A stretch of DNA of 64,000 nucleotides. Source: an uncultured Opitutales bacterium. GTDB taxonomy: Bacteria > Verrucomicrobiota > Verrucomicrobiia > Opitutales > CAYWEO01. A program made the position numbers and the translations under genes. Positions 20,426 through 29,264 of the stretch are shown here, in pieces. Under the pieces are notes generated by a model. That model saw nothing but the letters and a program-made list of their open reading frames with translations. It ran no database searches and had not been told where the DNA came from. How positions within the stretch are numbered: the first letter of the stretch is position 1; each line of letters starts with the position of its first letter. The DNA is taken from NCBI GenBank assembly GCA_964457855.1, contig CAYWEO010000001.1, positions 81,747 to 145,746 on the forward strand, written 5' to 3'.

Positions 20426-20470
20426 AAGCTCTATATTGCCTGAAAAATCTTGTTTTGTCTAGGAAAAAAG

Positions 20471-20800
20471 CTAAAGAATGCCCAGCATCATTCTGCCTTC
20501 TTCGGAAATTTTGTGCTTGGTCCATGGGGGATCCCAAACAATCTCGATGAAAGCGCGATCGACTCCCGGAATGGATTCCGCCGTTTGCTTGATTTGCTGG
20601 GCGATAAAGGGGCCAAGCGTGCACGCGGGATTTGTGAGTGTCATGGAAATTATTGCATCCCAAGAAGTTCCGCTATCGTTGGGCTTCAGGCGAATCGCAT
20701 AAATGAGGCCGAGATTGACGATATCGATGGGCATTTCTGGGTCCTGAATCTCTTTCAACGCTTCCCAAATTTCGTTTTTGATGGTGTTTTCTTGGTTCAT
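20471..20800 (-). CDS. DUF59/SufT-like Fe-S assembly protein
   Basis: 109-aa MIP18/DUF59 pattern (ALKEIQDPEMPIDIVNLGLIY). Its start overlaps the sufD stop by 4 nt. Confidence 0.75.
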   Translation of the reverse strand: MNQENTIKNEIWEALKEIQDPEMPIDIVNLGLIYAIRLKPNDSGTSWDAIISMTLTNPACTLGPFIAQQIKQTAESIPGVDRAFIEIVWDPPWTKHKISEEGRMMLGIL

Positions 20801-21789
20801 AGAACGTGTAGGATGTCCTCTGTAAGGGATTGCTGAAGAGAGGGTTGTGGGATTTTGTCGAGAATGGTCTGTGCAAATCCGAGAGCGAGGAGCTTCCGCG
20901 CATCGTCTTTGGAAAGGCCTCGGGTTTGTGCGTAAAAAAGATCTTCGGGATTCACGTGGCCGACGGTGGTGCCGTGCGTGCAGGTGACGTTGTCAGTTTT
21001 GATGTAAATCGCTGGGGATGAAGTGGCTTTTGCGGTTTCCGAGAGGAGTTGGTTGTCATTCCGCTGAGAGGCCGAACAGAGCGGGAAAGGCATGTTGACG
21101 GAGCCTGAAAAGTGCGTGCCGGCGTCGTCGGTTGCGATGGTTTTTTGCAGACAAACGGATGTCGTCTCAGGCGCGTTGTGGTTCTGAACCACTTGCCAAT
21201 GAGTCACTTCCGAGGCGTTTGCAACCGCAAGACCGTAAGCCTCCGCATGGGCGGCTTTTGCATTGAGATGGAGGTGATTGTCCACATTGACCAAGCGGCC
21301 GCCGACGGAAATCATTGTGTGCGTGAGGGATGCGTCTTCAAGGACGTTGTGGAAAGTCACGTGACTCGTGCACTGGGGATTGAGGGATTGTGCAAACGTA
21401 TAGTTTAAACTAGATCCAGAACGTAAGTGTGTGTAGATGAGAGAGTTAAAGCTATTTTGCGCGGAATTTTGGACAACTTTGACGTTTTGAATCACTTGAC
21501 AGTGTGCATTATTTTCTAGAATGATGAGCGTGATCGGAAATGCTTCTGTCGGATCGGTTTGTAGCACATGCGAGAGGATAATCGGCTCTGAGAGGGTCGT
21601 GTTTTGCGGAATCCAAACGAGAAAGCCTGTTGGTGCGCAATTAAGCTTCAGTAAGTTTTGAGCCGATGGAGACATTTTAAGCGCTTCTGCCAGAGCTTCT
21701 TGTGCGATGGTGAGGCCGCAGGAATCCTCTAAACGTTTTACGAAGGCGTTGTCAGTGTTTTTTGAATGGAAATTCTCTGGTGTTTGCAT
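20797..21789 (-). CDS. sufD: Fe-S cluster assembly protein SufD
   Basis: C-terminal SufB/D beta-helix region (TCTHGTTVGHVNPEDLFYAQTRGLS). Position is downstream of sufB. Confidence 0.85.
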   Translation of the reverse strand: MQTPENFHSKNTDNAFVKRLEDSCGLTIAQEALAEALKMSPSAQNLLKLNCAPTGFLVWIPQNTTLSEPIILSHVLQTDPTEAFPITLIILENNAHCQVIQNVKVVQNSAQNSFNSLIYTHLRSGSSLNYTFAQSLNPQCTSHVTFHNVLEDASLTHTMISVGGRLVNVDNHLHLNAKAAHAEAYGLAVANASEVTHWQVVQNHNAPETTSVCLQKTIATDDAGTHFSGSVNMPFPLCSASQRNDNQLLSETAKATSSPAIYIKTDNVTCTHGTTVGHVNPEDLFYAQTRGLSKDDARKLLALGFAQTILDKIPQPSLQQSLTEDILHVL

Positions 21790-21794
21790 GATTT

Positions 21795-23186
21795 TTAACC
21801 GGTCGCCTGTTTCATTTCGATTTCGATCAAACGTTTGAGCTCAACGCTGTACTCGAGAGGGAATTCTGCAATCAATTCGTTCACAAAGCCGTTGACGCTG
21901 AGGCTCATAGCCTCATATTCCGACAGCCCTCGTTGGCGCATATAAAAGAGCTGTTCTTCGTGGATTTTTGATACGCTCGCCTCGTGCTGAACGCTGTTTT
22001 GGTTGCCAGTGACGGAAATCGTTGGCATCGTTGCAGTTGCGTTGTTTGGATGCAGCAACAGAGAGTGGCATTGCGTGAAATTATGGCATTTTTTAAGGTT
22101 TTTTGGGATCGCAACGAGACTTCTGTAGCGATTATCTCCGCTGTTGAGTGTGATGGACTTAGCTGTGATTGTAGACGTTGTTTCGTCGGCGAGATGGATC
22201 ATTTTCGCGCCTGTGTCCTGAATTTGCCCCGTATTCGCGAGCGAAATTGACAAAACTTCCCCTTTTGCGCGCTGGCCTTTTAGCAAAAGTGCGGGGTATT
22301 TTAGAGTGATTTGCGACCCAATGTTACAGTCGATCCAGCGAATTTGCGCATTTTCGTGGACAATTCCCCGTTTTGTAACGAGATTGAAGACGTTGTGGGC
22401 CCAATTTTGGACCGTCACGTATTGAATCTTCGCATCCTTCAATGCAACGAGCTCGACGACGCCCGAATGCAGCGTTTGCGAAGAAAATTTCGGGGCAGTA
22501 CACCCTTCTAGATAAAGGACTTCCGATCCTTCGTCCGCGATGATCAGCGTGCGCTCAAATTGCCCAAAATTTTCCGCATTGATGCGAAAATAGGCCTGCA
22601 GAGGTTGCTGAACCTTAACGCCTGGAGGAATATAAATGAAACTTCCGCCGCTGAAAACGGCACTGTTGAGGGCACTGAACGTATTATCGCCGGGCGGAAT
22701 GACGGTGGCGAAATATTTTTTGAAAATTTCCGGATATTTGATCAAACCCTGCGTAGAATCGGTAAAAACCACGCCGAGAGCCTGCAATTTTTCGCACATC
22801 TTTGAATACGCGAACTCGCTATCAAATTGCGCTTCAACGCCAGCGAGAAACTGCTTTTCTTGCTGCGGAATACCGAGGCGCTGGAAGGTTTCCTTGACGT
22901 CCGCATGCACGTGATCCCACGATTTTGCCGGCGTTTGGCCCTTCGACAAATAATAGCGGATTTTGCTGAGATCTAGCGTCGAAACTTCTTTCGGAACCCA
23001 CGACGGAAGTTCTTTTCTATAAAAGGTTTGCAGCGCTTTTAGCCGAAATTCGCGGATCCAATCAGGCTCCTGCTTCACGTCCGAAATGTAACGCACCGTC
23101 GCCTCATTCAGCCCAACTCCCGCATCAAAGTCGTATGCGGTGTTGTAATTAAAGCAACCTTTTGTCGTATCGGGAATTTCTGGCAT
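21795..23186 (-). CDS. sufB: Fe-S cluster assembly protein SufB
   Basis: Full-length SufB ([49 protein letters not shown]). Confidence 0.95.
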   Translation of the reverse strand: MPEIPDTTKGCFNYNTAYDFDAGVGLNEATVRYISDVKQEPDWIREFRLKALQTFYRKELPSWVPKEVSTLDLSKIRYYLSKGQTPAKSWDHVHADVKETFQRLGIPQQEKQFLAGVEAQFDSEFAYSKMCEKLQALGVVFTDSTQGLIKYPEIFKKYFATVIPPGDNTFSALNSAVFSGGSFIYIPPGVKVQQPLQAYFRINAENFGQFERTLIIADEGSEVLYLEGCTAPKFSSQTLHSGVVELVALKDAKIQYVTVQNWAHNVFNLVTKRGIVHENAQIRWIDCNIGSQITLKYPALLLKGQRAKGEVLSISLANTGQIQDTGAKMIHLADETTSTITAKSITLNSGDNRYRSLVAIPKNLKKCHNFTQCHSLLLHPNNATATMPTISVTGNQNSVQHEASVSKIHEEQLFYMRQRGLSEYEAMSLSVNGFVNELIAEFPLEYSVELKRLIEIEMKQATG

Positions 23187-23189
23187 GTT

Positions 23190-23945
23190 TTACGTTTTGC
23201 TTGGAACTTTTAGCCACTCGTACCCCTTACTCTCAAGTTCTTGTACAAGAGAGCTTTTCCCCGAACGCACAATCGCCCCGTCGTAAAGAATATGGACAAA
23301 ATCGGGCTCCAAAATGTCGAGAATCCGCTGATAGTGTGTGATGACCAAAATGCCCGTCTGATGGGAATTTTTTAGAGCTTGAATCCCTTGAACGACAATC
23401 TTTAACGCATCGATGTCGAGGCCGCTATCAATCTCATCCAGAATCACAAACGACGGCTCCAGCATCAACATTTGCAAGATTTCACACCGCTTCTTCTCCC
23501 CGCCCGAAAAACCATCGTTTAACGCCCTCGATGTGAACGATTTATCGATCTTTAGCAGCTCCATCTTCTGGTAGAGCGTTTTATAAAATTGCGTCGGGGA
23601 AAACGGCATCGAAGGATTTTTCGCGCAAATCGCCGCTCGGATGAAGTTTGCCACGCTGATTCCCAGCAACGCCGATGGATGCTGGAACGCCAAAAAAAGG
23701 CCCCGTTTCGCGATCACGTCAGGATCCATTCCAACGATATTCTCTTGATTAAGAAGGACTTCTCCCTGAGTAATCACATAATCCGGATGCCCCGCAAGCG
23801 CCTTCGCCAGAGAACTCTTCCCCATCCCGTTCGGCCCCATCAACGCGTGCACTTCCCCCTTCGGAACCGCTAACGAAAGATCCCGCAAAACCCCCTTGTC
23901 CCCAATTCTAACCGATAAATCTCGAATCTCTAAGCACTCCGGCAT
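23190..23945 (-). CDS. sufC: Fe-S cluster assembly ATPase SufC
   Basis: ABC ATPase motifs (GPNGMGKSSL, FSGGEKKRCEILQ, ILDEIDSGLD). The track start 23957 is a TTG. ATG 23945 (MPECLEIRDLSV) is preferred. Confidence 0.9.
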   Translation of the reverse strand: MPECLEIRDLSVRIGDKGVLRDLSLAVPKGEVHALMGPNGMGKSSLAKALAGHPDYVITQGEVLLNQENIVGMDPDVIAKRGLFLAFQHPSALLGISVANFIRAAICAKNPSMPFSPTQFYKTLYQKMELLKIDKSFTSRALNDGFSGGEKKRCEILQMLMLEPSFVILDEIDSGLDIDALKIVVQGIQALKNSHQTGILVITHYQRILDILEPDFVHILYDGAIVRSGKSSLVQELESKGYEWLKVPSKT

Positions 23946-24011
23946 GAACAAAGACAATTGCGCGACGTTAACGCAAAGTCAATGTCTTTTGGTGGGAAGG
24001 AGAGGTGGGAA

Positions 24012-24186
24012 CCGGAAACTTTTCTGTTCCAGAACAGAAAAAGTTTCCGGACCTTCAAAAGAAAAGCGATATCGGAAGGCATTTTTGCGCGGCCTATAAG
24101 GCCGCACAAAAATGCCTTCCGAATTAAGAGTTTTTTGGGTGAGGAAGCCGGGAAAACCAATTTTTGCAAAAAATGGTTTTCCCGGC
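24012..24186 (+). repeat. F1 triple-hairpin mosaic repeat, full copy (A-B-C)
   Basis: A 24012-24050. B 24073-24121 (apical stem GCGCGGCC/GGCCGCAC). C 24147-24186. C ends 3 nt from the proS stop. Confidence 0.9.
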
Positions 24187-24189
24187 TTC

Positions 24190-25698
24190 CTAATACGCCT
24201 TCGCGAAAATGACCTGCTGTGTTGTCGCCTGTCCCGTAAACGGGCAGACGCCCTGGGTTTTTGGGGCGTCGAAGGGGATGCAGCGGATGGTGACCTTGAG
24301 GTCGTGTTTGAGTTGCTCTTCGAGCTGGGGGGTTCCGGCCCAGTGGGTGAGGGCAAAACCGCCATGGATCTCGGGTTTTGCGGTGTTTTTTGGTGTAAAG
24401 AAGTCGTAAAAGGCCTGTTTAGAGGAGATCGTGACAGTGTGGGCGTCACGGAAGGCGGTGGCGCGTGCAAGGAGGATGTCCTGAATGGATTGGAGAATGC
24501 TGGGCAGCGTCGCGAGAAAGTCGTTCTGGGAGAGGGATGTGCGCAACTTTGGGGATTGGGTCCGTTGGATATAGGAAATGGCGTTTGCGGCGACTTCTTT
24601 TGGCCCGATTTCAAGGAGGATCGGAACGCCTTTTTTGGTCCAGTGCCAGAGTTTGTCGCCGCCCCGCATGTCACGGTCGTCGATGGAGACCTGGATGGGT
24701 TTGCCGTCGAACGTGAGGCGCTGGATAGCGCTCTGTAGGGTCTTGCAATACGCGAGGACGGACTCCGGATCCTTCTGCAGCATCGGCAGTATCACCACGT
24801 GCACGGGAGCAATTTTCGGCGGAAGCACGAGGCCGTTGTCGTCGGAATGGACCATAATCAGCCCCCCGATGATGCGTGTCGAAACTCCCCACGATGTCGT
24901 CCAGGCGTGCTCCGTTTTCCCCGACTGGCTTGCAAATTGGATGCCTATCGATTTCGAGAAATTCTGTCCCAAAAAGTGCGAAGTTCCCGACTGTAAGGCC
25001 TTCCGGTCCTGCATCATCGTCTCGATGCAATACGTGTTCACAGCCCCGGGAAAGCGTTCACTCTCCGTCTTTTCGCCGCAAATCACCGGAATCGCAAGCG
25101 TGTTTTTAGCGAAATCGGCATAAACCTGCAACATTTGCAACGTCTCGTCAATCGCCTCTTGCTCAGTTGCATGCGCCGTATGTCCTTCCTGCCAAAGAAA
25201 TTCCATTGTTCTTAAGAAAAGTCGCGTGCGCATTTCCCATCGGACGATGTTTGCCCATTGGTTAATCTTCAACGGCAGGTCGCGATACGACTGGATCCAA
25301 CGCGCAAACATCTCCCCGATAATGGTTTCCGATGTCGGCCGCACCACCAGCGGCTCCTCTAACGGCGACGTCGGCACAAGCTTCCCCTCAGCGTTCGCCT
25401 CAAGCCTCGAATGCGTTACCACCGCGCACTCCTTCGCGAACCCCTCCACGTGCTTCGCCTCCTTCTCCAGATAACTCAACGGAATTAGCAACGGAAAATA
25501 GGCGTTTTGATGCCCCGTCCGCTTGAATTCCTTATCCAAAATCGCCTGAATGTTCTCCCAAATCGCGTACCCCCACGGCTTGATCACCATGCACCCCCGT
25601 ACAGGCGAATTCTCCGCCAAATCCGCCGCCTTAATCACTTCTTGATACCACTCCGAATAATTTTCTGCCCGCGTCGGTGTTATCGCTGTCTTTTCCAT
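24190..25698 (-). CDS. proS: prolyl-tRNA synthetase, short (archaeal/eukaryote-like) architecture
   Basis: 502-aa class II aaRS with N-terminus EWYQEVIKAADLAENSPVRGCMVIKPWGYAIWE, no insertion domain, and a C-terminal domain ending ...FAKAY. Confidence 0.9.
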   Translation of the reverse strand: MEKTAITPTRAENYSEWYQEVIKAADLAENSPVRGCMVIKPWGYAIWENIQAILDKEFKRTGHQNAYFPLLIPLSYLEKEAKHVEGFAKECAVVTHSRLEANAEGKLVPTSPLEEPLVVRPTSETIIGEMFARWIQSYRDLPLKINQWANIVRWEMRTRLFLRTMEFLWQEGHTAHATEQEAIDETLQMLQVYADFAKNTLAIPVICGEKTESERFPGAVNTYCIETMMQDRKALQSGTSHFLGQNFSKSIGIQFASQSGKTEHAWTTSWGVSTRIIGGLIMVHSDDNGLVLPPKIAPVHVVILPMLQKDPESVLAYCKTLQSAIQRLTFDGKPIQVSIDDRDMRGGDKLWHWTKKGVPILLEIGPKEVAANAISYIQRTQSPKLRTSLSQNDFLATLPSILQSIQDILLARATAFRDAHTVTISSKQAFYDFFTPKNTAKPEIHGGFALTHWAGTPQLEEQLKHDLKVTIRCIPFDAPKTQGVCPFTGQATTQQVIFAKAY

Positions 25699-25761
25699 AA
25701 ACGTTAATCATTATAAGGCCGTAAGAAAATAGCTAGCTTTTTTTGGGGGAGGGGGTGTTTT

Positions 25762-25929
25762 CCGGAGAACCATTTTTTTGCAAAAAATTGGTTCTCCGGA
25801 CCTCTCCAAAAAAAACTCTCGTTCGAAGCGAATTTTTGAGGCACGTAGTGCCACAAAAATTCGCTTCGATACCGCTTTTCTTTTGAAGGTTCGGAAACTT
25901 CTTCTTTTCTTCGAAAAGAAAAGTTTCCG
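25762..25929 (-). repeat. F1 triple-hairpin mosaic repeat, full copy (C-B-A)
   Basis: C 25762-25799 (stem CCGGAGAACC). B 25824-25868, with basal stem CGAAGCGAATTTTT/AAAAATTCGCTTCG changed on both arms. A 25892-25929. Confidence 0.9.
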
Positions 25930-25949
25930 AAATTATTTTCTTCAACCCC

Positions 25950-28367
25950 CTACTCCACATCGACAATGACGAATGATCGCAGATCATTCGTCATTGTCGA
26001 TGTGCGTTGGATGGTAGCGTGGAAGAGGGTGGTTTGTGGGGCGACGGGGGACGTGTCGGCGTAGATCCAGAGTTTCAGGGTATCGGAGCGTGGGGAGACG
26101 TAGGGGGAGAGGATTGCAAGGAGGTCCGATTGGGAGAGTGAGTTACCGTCGAGGAAGGGGGAATTGGTTTGCACAATTTCTTGTTTTGTGAGGTCGATGG
26201 CCGCTTGGAGGGCCCCTATTTTGCTGAGGCCATTGGGATCATTGGCGGTTTCGAGGATTCTCCGATTGACGAAATCGGCGAGGGACATCCAGGGGGCGCG
26301 GAGGGAGGCCTGTTTGGCGATGTGTTTGGCGAGTATTTTGATGGTTTTTTCGTCGAAGGAGAGGGTTTGGTTGAGGACATTTTTAACGTCTTTTTTGAGT
26401 AAGTGTTTCTTTAGAAAGCGATTCCAGGCATCGGCGGACGTTGTGTTAATGTTAAAACTGCCCGGTTGGGTCTTTTTTTTGGTTGGTTCTTTTTCGGGCT
26501 GGACGAAGAAGCAATCCCAGAGGTGTTCGTTGAGAAGGAAGGGGATGTCGTACAAAAATTTCTTTTCAGACTTAATCTCTTCTCGTGGAATGCCTTGCAA
26601 GTAATAACTATTTCCAATAGCGTACGTAGGAACAGTTCCCATGGGGGAAGCGAAATGCCGCAGATCGGCGAGGGACTTCAGCTTCGGGAAATGAAACAGT
26701 GGAAGTTGTTGGGCGCTAAAGATATCGTTCCGACCCTGTAAATCTTCGTAGGTGAGCGGCTGTTGGTTGGTGGTATCGCGTAGAAAGCCTTCGGGGGTAT
26801 TGCCGAGAACGCCCTTCCATTTCCAATAACTCTTGGGTGATAGGGAGTTGCAAACAAGCATTCCTCGGGGATTTTGCGACTCAAGGCCTTCAGAAAGCTT
26901 GTCTTCCGGCGGGATGGTCAATACCAATGAAGTGGTTAATTTGGGGGCTTTGGGGGCCTGATCGTTCAAAGTGAACGTCCCGGATTCCGTTTTTGCACCG
27001 TTCGTTTCGATGGGGATATCGATGATGTTTTGCAGAACGGAAACTGTCTTGTCACAGACTATAGAAAACTCCAAATTCGCTTTCGTCCAATCGGAGTTGA
27101 GTTTGATGGCTGCGTACGGCGTTTTTTGGGTTACGGAATTGTCGACAACGACCGTTTTTATGGGAAACGTGAAGAACTGGACCTCTCCGGGAGCAAAAGC
27201 GGTCTCGAAAGTGCCGGAAATTCCTGAGGTTTTTTCAAAAAGTTTACTGGGTGCAACTTCGATGTGCTGCATGCGACTGCTTTTGGGGAATGAAATGCGG
27301 AGGGTTTGATTTTTGTTGAAAACGTAGCGGATTTGGTACTTTTCGGATTCCATTGTTCTGTCGTAGGGGTTCCAGACGGCGACACCAAAATAGCCGTGGA
27401 GGAGGATGGAATTCCCCGCCTTTGAGCAATGATAACCGATCGCGCACTGAATGGGAATGGGATAGATGCCGCACGTTGCTTGCGTATCGTCATCGACCGT
27501 GTTGTTGGCGATCAATTTCCCCCAATCCCCCTCAAAAGTGTCGTTAGTTTTGGGGAAAAGGAAGGGGTGCGGCGTTAAATTATCGGTGTTGAGCGACTTT
27601 CCGAGCTGGTAGAATTCGTTGAGCTGTCCCCATGTACCGCCGATGGACGCAACGAGCTTGGCGTCCGGAACGTCCTTCAAGATGGGCGTATTTTTGTGCT
27701 CCGGTTTCGCGATGAACGCAAGAAGATCCTCTTTGTCGCCTCCCTGCATGCCGTCGGACAGAACCCCTTCGTGCGCATCGGTTTGACCAAGGTCTTCGAT
27801 CCAATACGCATAATGGCCGATCACGTCTTGCGTATTGGCGCTAAAAATGGGGATTTTTTCGGCAAAAACGGCGTCTTTTCGGCCTGTTATTTCGGGCGGA
27901 AAACTCACGCGTTCGGGCTCAGCCATTTTGACCGTAGACGCAAAATCGTCTTTAAGAACGGCATCCAGGTGGTCGTTGGTAACGGACACTAGCCATTTGA
28001 CGAACGTCCGCTCGTGGGGTTTTCGTGAATTCCAATCGCTTCCCGACTTCCAAACGCCGAGCCAACCCAAGTGTTCTTTGCAGAGTGGGCTAAGTTGCTT
28101 ATCATCTTCTTTTGCAAGTAGTTCTGCGGAGCCCGTCACTCTGCAGTCGGGACCCAACGTTTTCTGAACATCAGCAATCACTTTTTGCAGGCCGAAAAAG
28201 GCAATTTGTTCGCACTGGAGCTGCATTTTGCGTTGATAGGAAGCCGCCATATGCCCCCCAACGAAACCCACCGAGAGCATCATCATGAGGGAGAGCCAGC
28301 CGAACAGTAAGAGGGTCCAAATCAACGCGATCCCACTGGTTTTGTGACGTAAATGACTTGCTCGCAT
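25950..28367 (-). CDS. large membrane-anchored protein, GspK/minor-pseudopilin-like N- and C-termini
   Basis: Start trimmed to ATG 28367 (MRASHLRHKTSGIALIWTLLLFGWL...), which removes the overlap with lpxI. C-terminus: FNINTTSADAWNRFL...PWMSLADFVNR...LSPYVSPRSDTLKLWI, resembling the GspK helix-hairpin-helix region. The family call is tentative. Confidence 0.45.
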   Translation of the reverse strand: MRASHLRHKTSGIALIWTLLLFGWLSLMMMLSVGFVGGHMAASYQRKMQLQCEQIAFFGLQKVIADVQKTLGPDCRVTGSAELLAKEDDKQLSPLCKEHLGWLGVWKSGSDWNSRKPHERTFVKWLVSVTNDHLDAVLKDDFASTVKMAEPERVSFPPEITGRKDAVFAEKIPIFSANTQDVIGHYAYWIEDLGQTDAHEGVLSDGMQGGDKEDLLAFIAKPEHKNTPILKDVPDAKLVASIGGTWGQLNEFYQLGKSLNTDNLTPHPFLFPKTNDTFEGDWGKLIANNTVDDDTQATCGIYPIPIQCAIGYHCSKAGNSILLHGYFGVAVWNPYDRTMESEKYQIRYVFNKNQTLRISFPKSSRMQHIEVAPSKLFEKTSGISGTFETAFAPGEVQFFTFPIKTVVVDNSVTQKTPYAAIKLNSDWTKANLEFSIVCDKTVSVLQNIIDIPIETNGAKTESGTFTLNDQAPKAPKLTTSLVLTIPPEDKLSEGLESQNPRGMLVCNSLSPKSYWKWKGVLGNTPEGFLRDTTNQQPLTYEDLQGRNDIFSAQQLPLFHFPKLKSLADLRHFASPMGTVPTYAIGNSYYLQGIPREEIKSEKKFLYDIPFLLNEHLWDCFFVQPEKEPTKKKTQPGSFNINTTSADAWNRFLKKHLLKKDVKNVLNQTLSFDEKTIKILAKHIAKQASLRAPWMSLADFVNRRILETANDPNGLSKIGALQAAIDLTKQEIVQTNSPFLDGNSLSQSDLLAILSPYVSPRSDTLKLWIYADTSPVAPQTTLFHATIQRTSTMTNDLRSFVIVDVE
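25957..26003. repeat. perfect 22-bp inverted repeat with 3-nt loop inside the last 17 codons of the 25950-28367 gene
   Basis: ACATCGACAATGACGAATGATC-GCA-GATCATTCGTCATTGTCGATGT. It encodes ...TSTMTNDLRSFVIVDV and sits just before the final Glu codon and the stop. Confidence 0.85.
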
Positions 28368-28371
28368 AGGC

Positions 28372-29259
28372 TTAGCTTTCAAGCGCAACGGCAGTATCGG
28401 CATCAAACCCCAGTAATGTAATGCGGAGCTCCTTTGCACGGGCCAAAACACGTTCTTTTTCCAAAATCAGGACCTTTTTGGCCTCGAGCGCGGCGTATTC
28501 GATACCGGATGCGTGCAAAAGTTCGAGGGTTTTCATGCCAAAAACGGGGACATCGAAGCGAAAATCGTGGTTTTGATGGCTGGCTTTGACGAAAATGGGA
28601 GACGGCGCGTGGAAATCCTTAATGCGCGAAATCAAGCCATCGGTCCCGTCAAAACCTTCAACGCCAAGGACGGTTCCCTTGCTGACAACGACACTCTGCC
28701 CGATTTTCAATGTTGCGACTTTTTTCGCTAAATCAATTCCGTGCTGAATCCACTCTTGTTTGAGTTTCCCAAAAGGTCCAGCCATCATCCCGAGATCGGC
28801 CAAATGCACGTCCATAAAGCTCCTCGCGTCCAACAAAACCACGCCGCAGTGCTCAATTTCAGTCACAATTGCGCCAAAAATCGTTTCCGCGTTGCGCTCC
28901 TTCAGTTTCGCAAGCATCAAAATAGCCTTCATATCCAGATGCAAGTCGTGAAATAAGCGACGCGGGGTGATTTGCCCGGCCATAACGGCGTAGGGAGTCG
29001 CAAAATTCTTCAACGCTTTCAATAATTTCCCAATCTGCCCGACTTTGAGCACAACCCGTTGCCCCTCATCCACTTTTGCGAGTAAACTCTCCGATGTTTC
29101 CCCCTCAAAACCAATCACAAAAGCCTTCACGCCGGAACGCTTCATACCGTCGAACAAGAGTTCCGGATAAAATCCCTGTCCAGCAATCAAGCAAACGGCA
29201 TTTCCTTCAGGCGTTAACCCTTTCTCCGTGAATCCTTTATGGAGGAATTGCGATTGCAT
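28372..29259 (-). CDS. lpxI: UDP-2,3-diacylglucosamine diphosphatase LpxI (DUF1009)
   Basis: CLIAGQGFYPELL near the N-terminus and IGQSVVVSKGTVLGVEGFDGTDGLISR in the C-terminal domain. Confidence 0.75.
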   Translation of the reverse strand: MQSQFLHKGFTEKGLTPEGNAVCLIAGQGFYPELLFDGMKRSGVKAFVIGFEGETSESLLAKVDEGQRVVLKVGQIGKLLKALKNFATPYAVMAGQITPRRLFHDLHLDMKAILMLAKLKERNAETIFGAIVTEIEHCGVVLLDARSFMDVHLADLGMMAGPFGKLKQEWIQHGIDLAKKVATLKIGQSVVVSKGTVLGVEGFDGTDGLISRIKDFHAPSPIFVKASHQNHDFRFDVPVFGMKTLELLHASGIEYAALEAKKVLILEKERVLARAKELRITLLGFDADTAVALES

Positions 29260-29264
29260 AAAGG

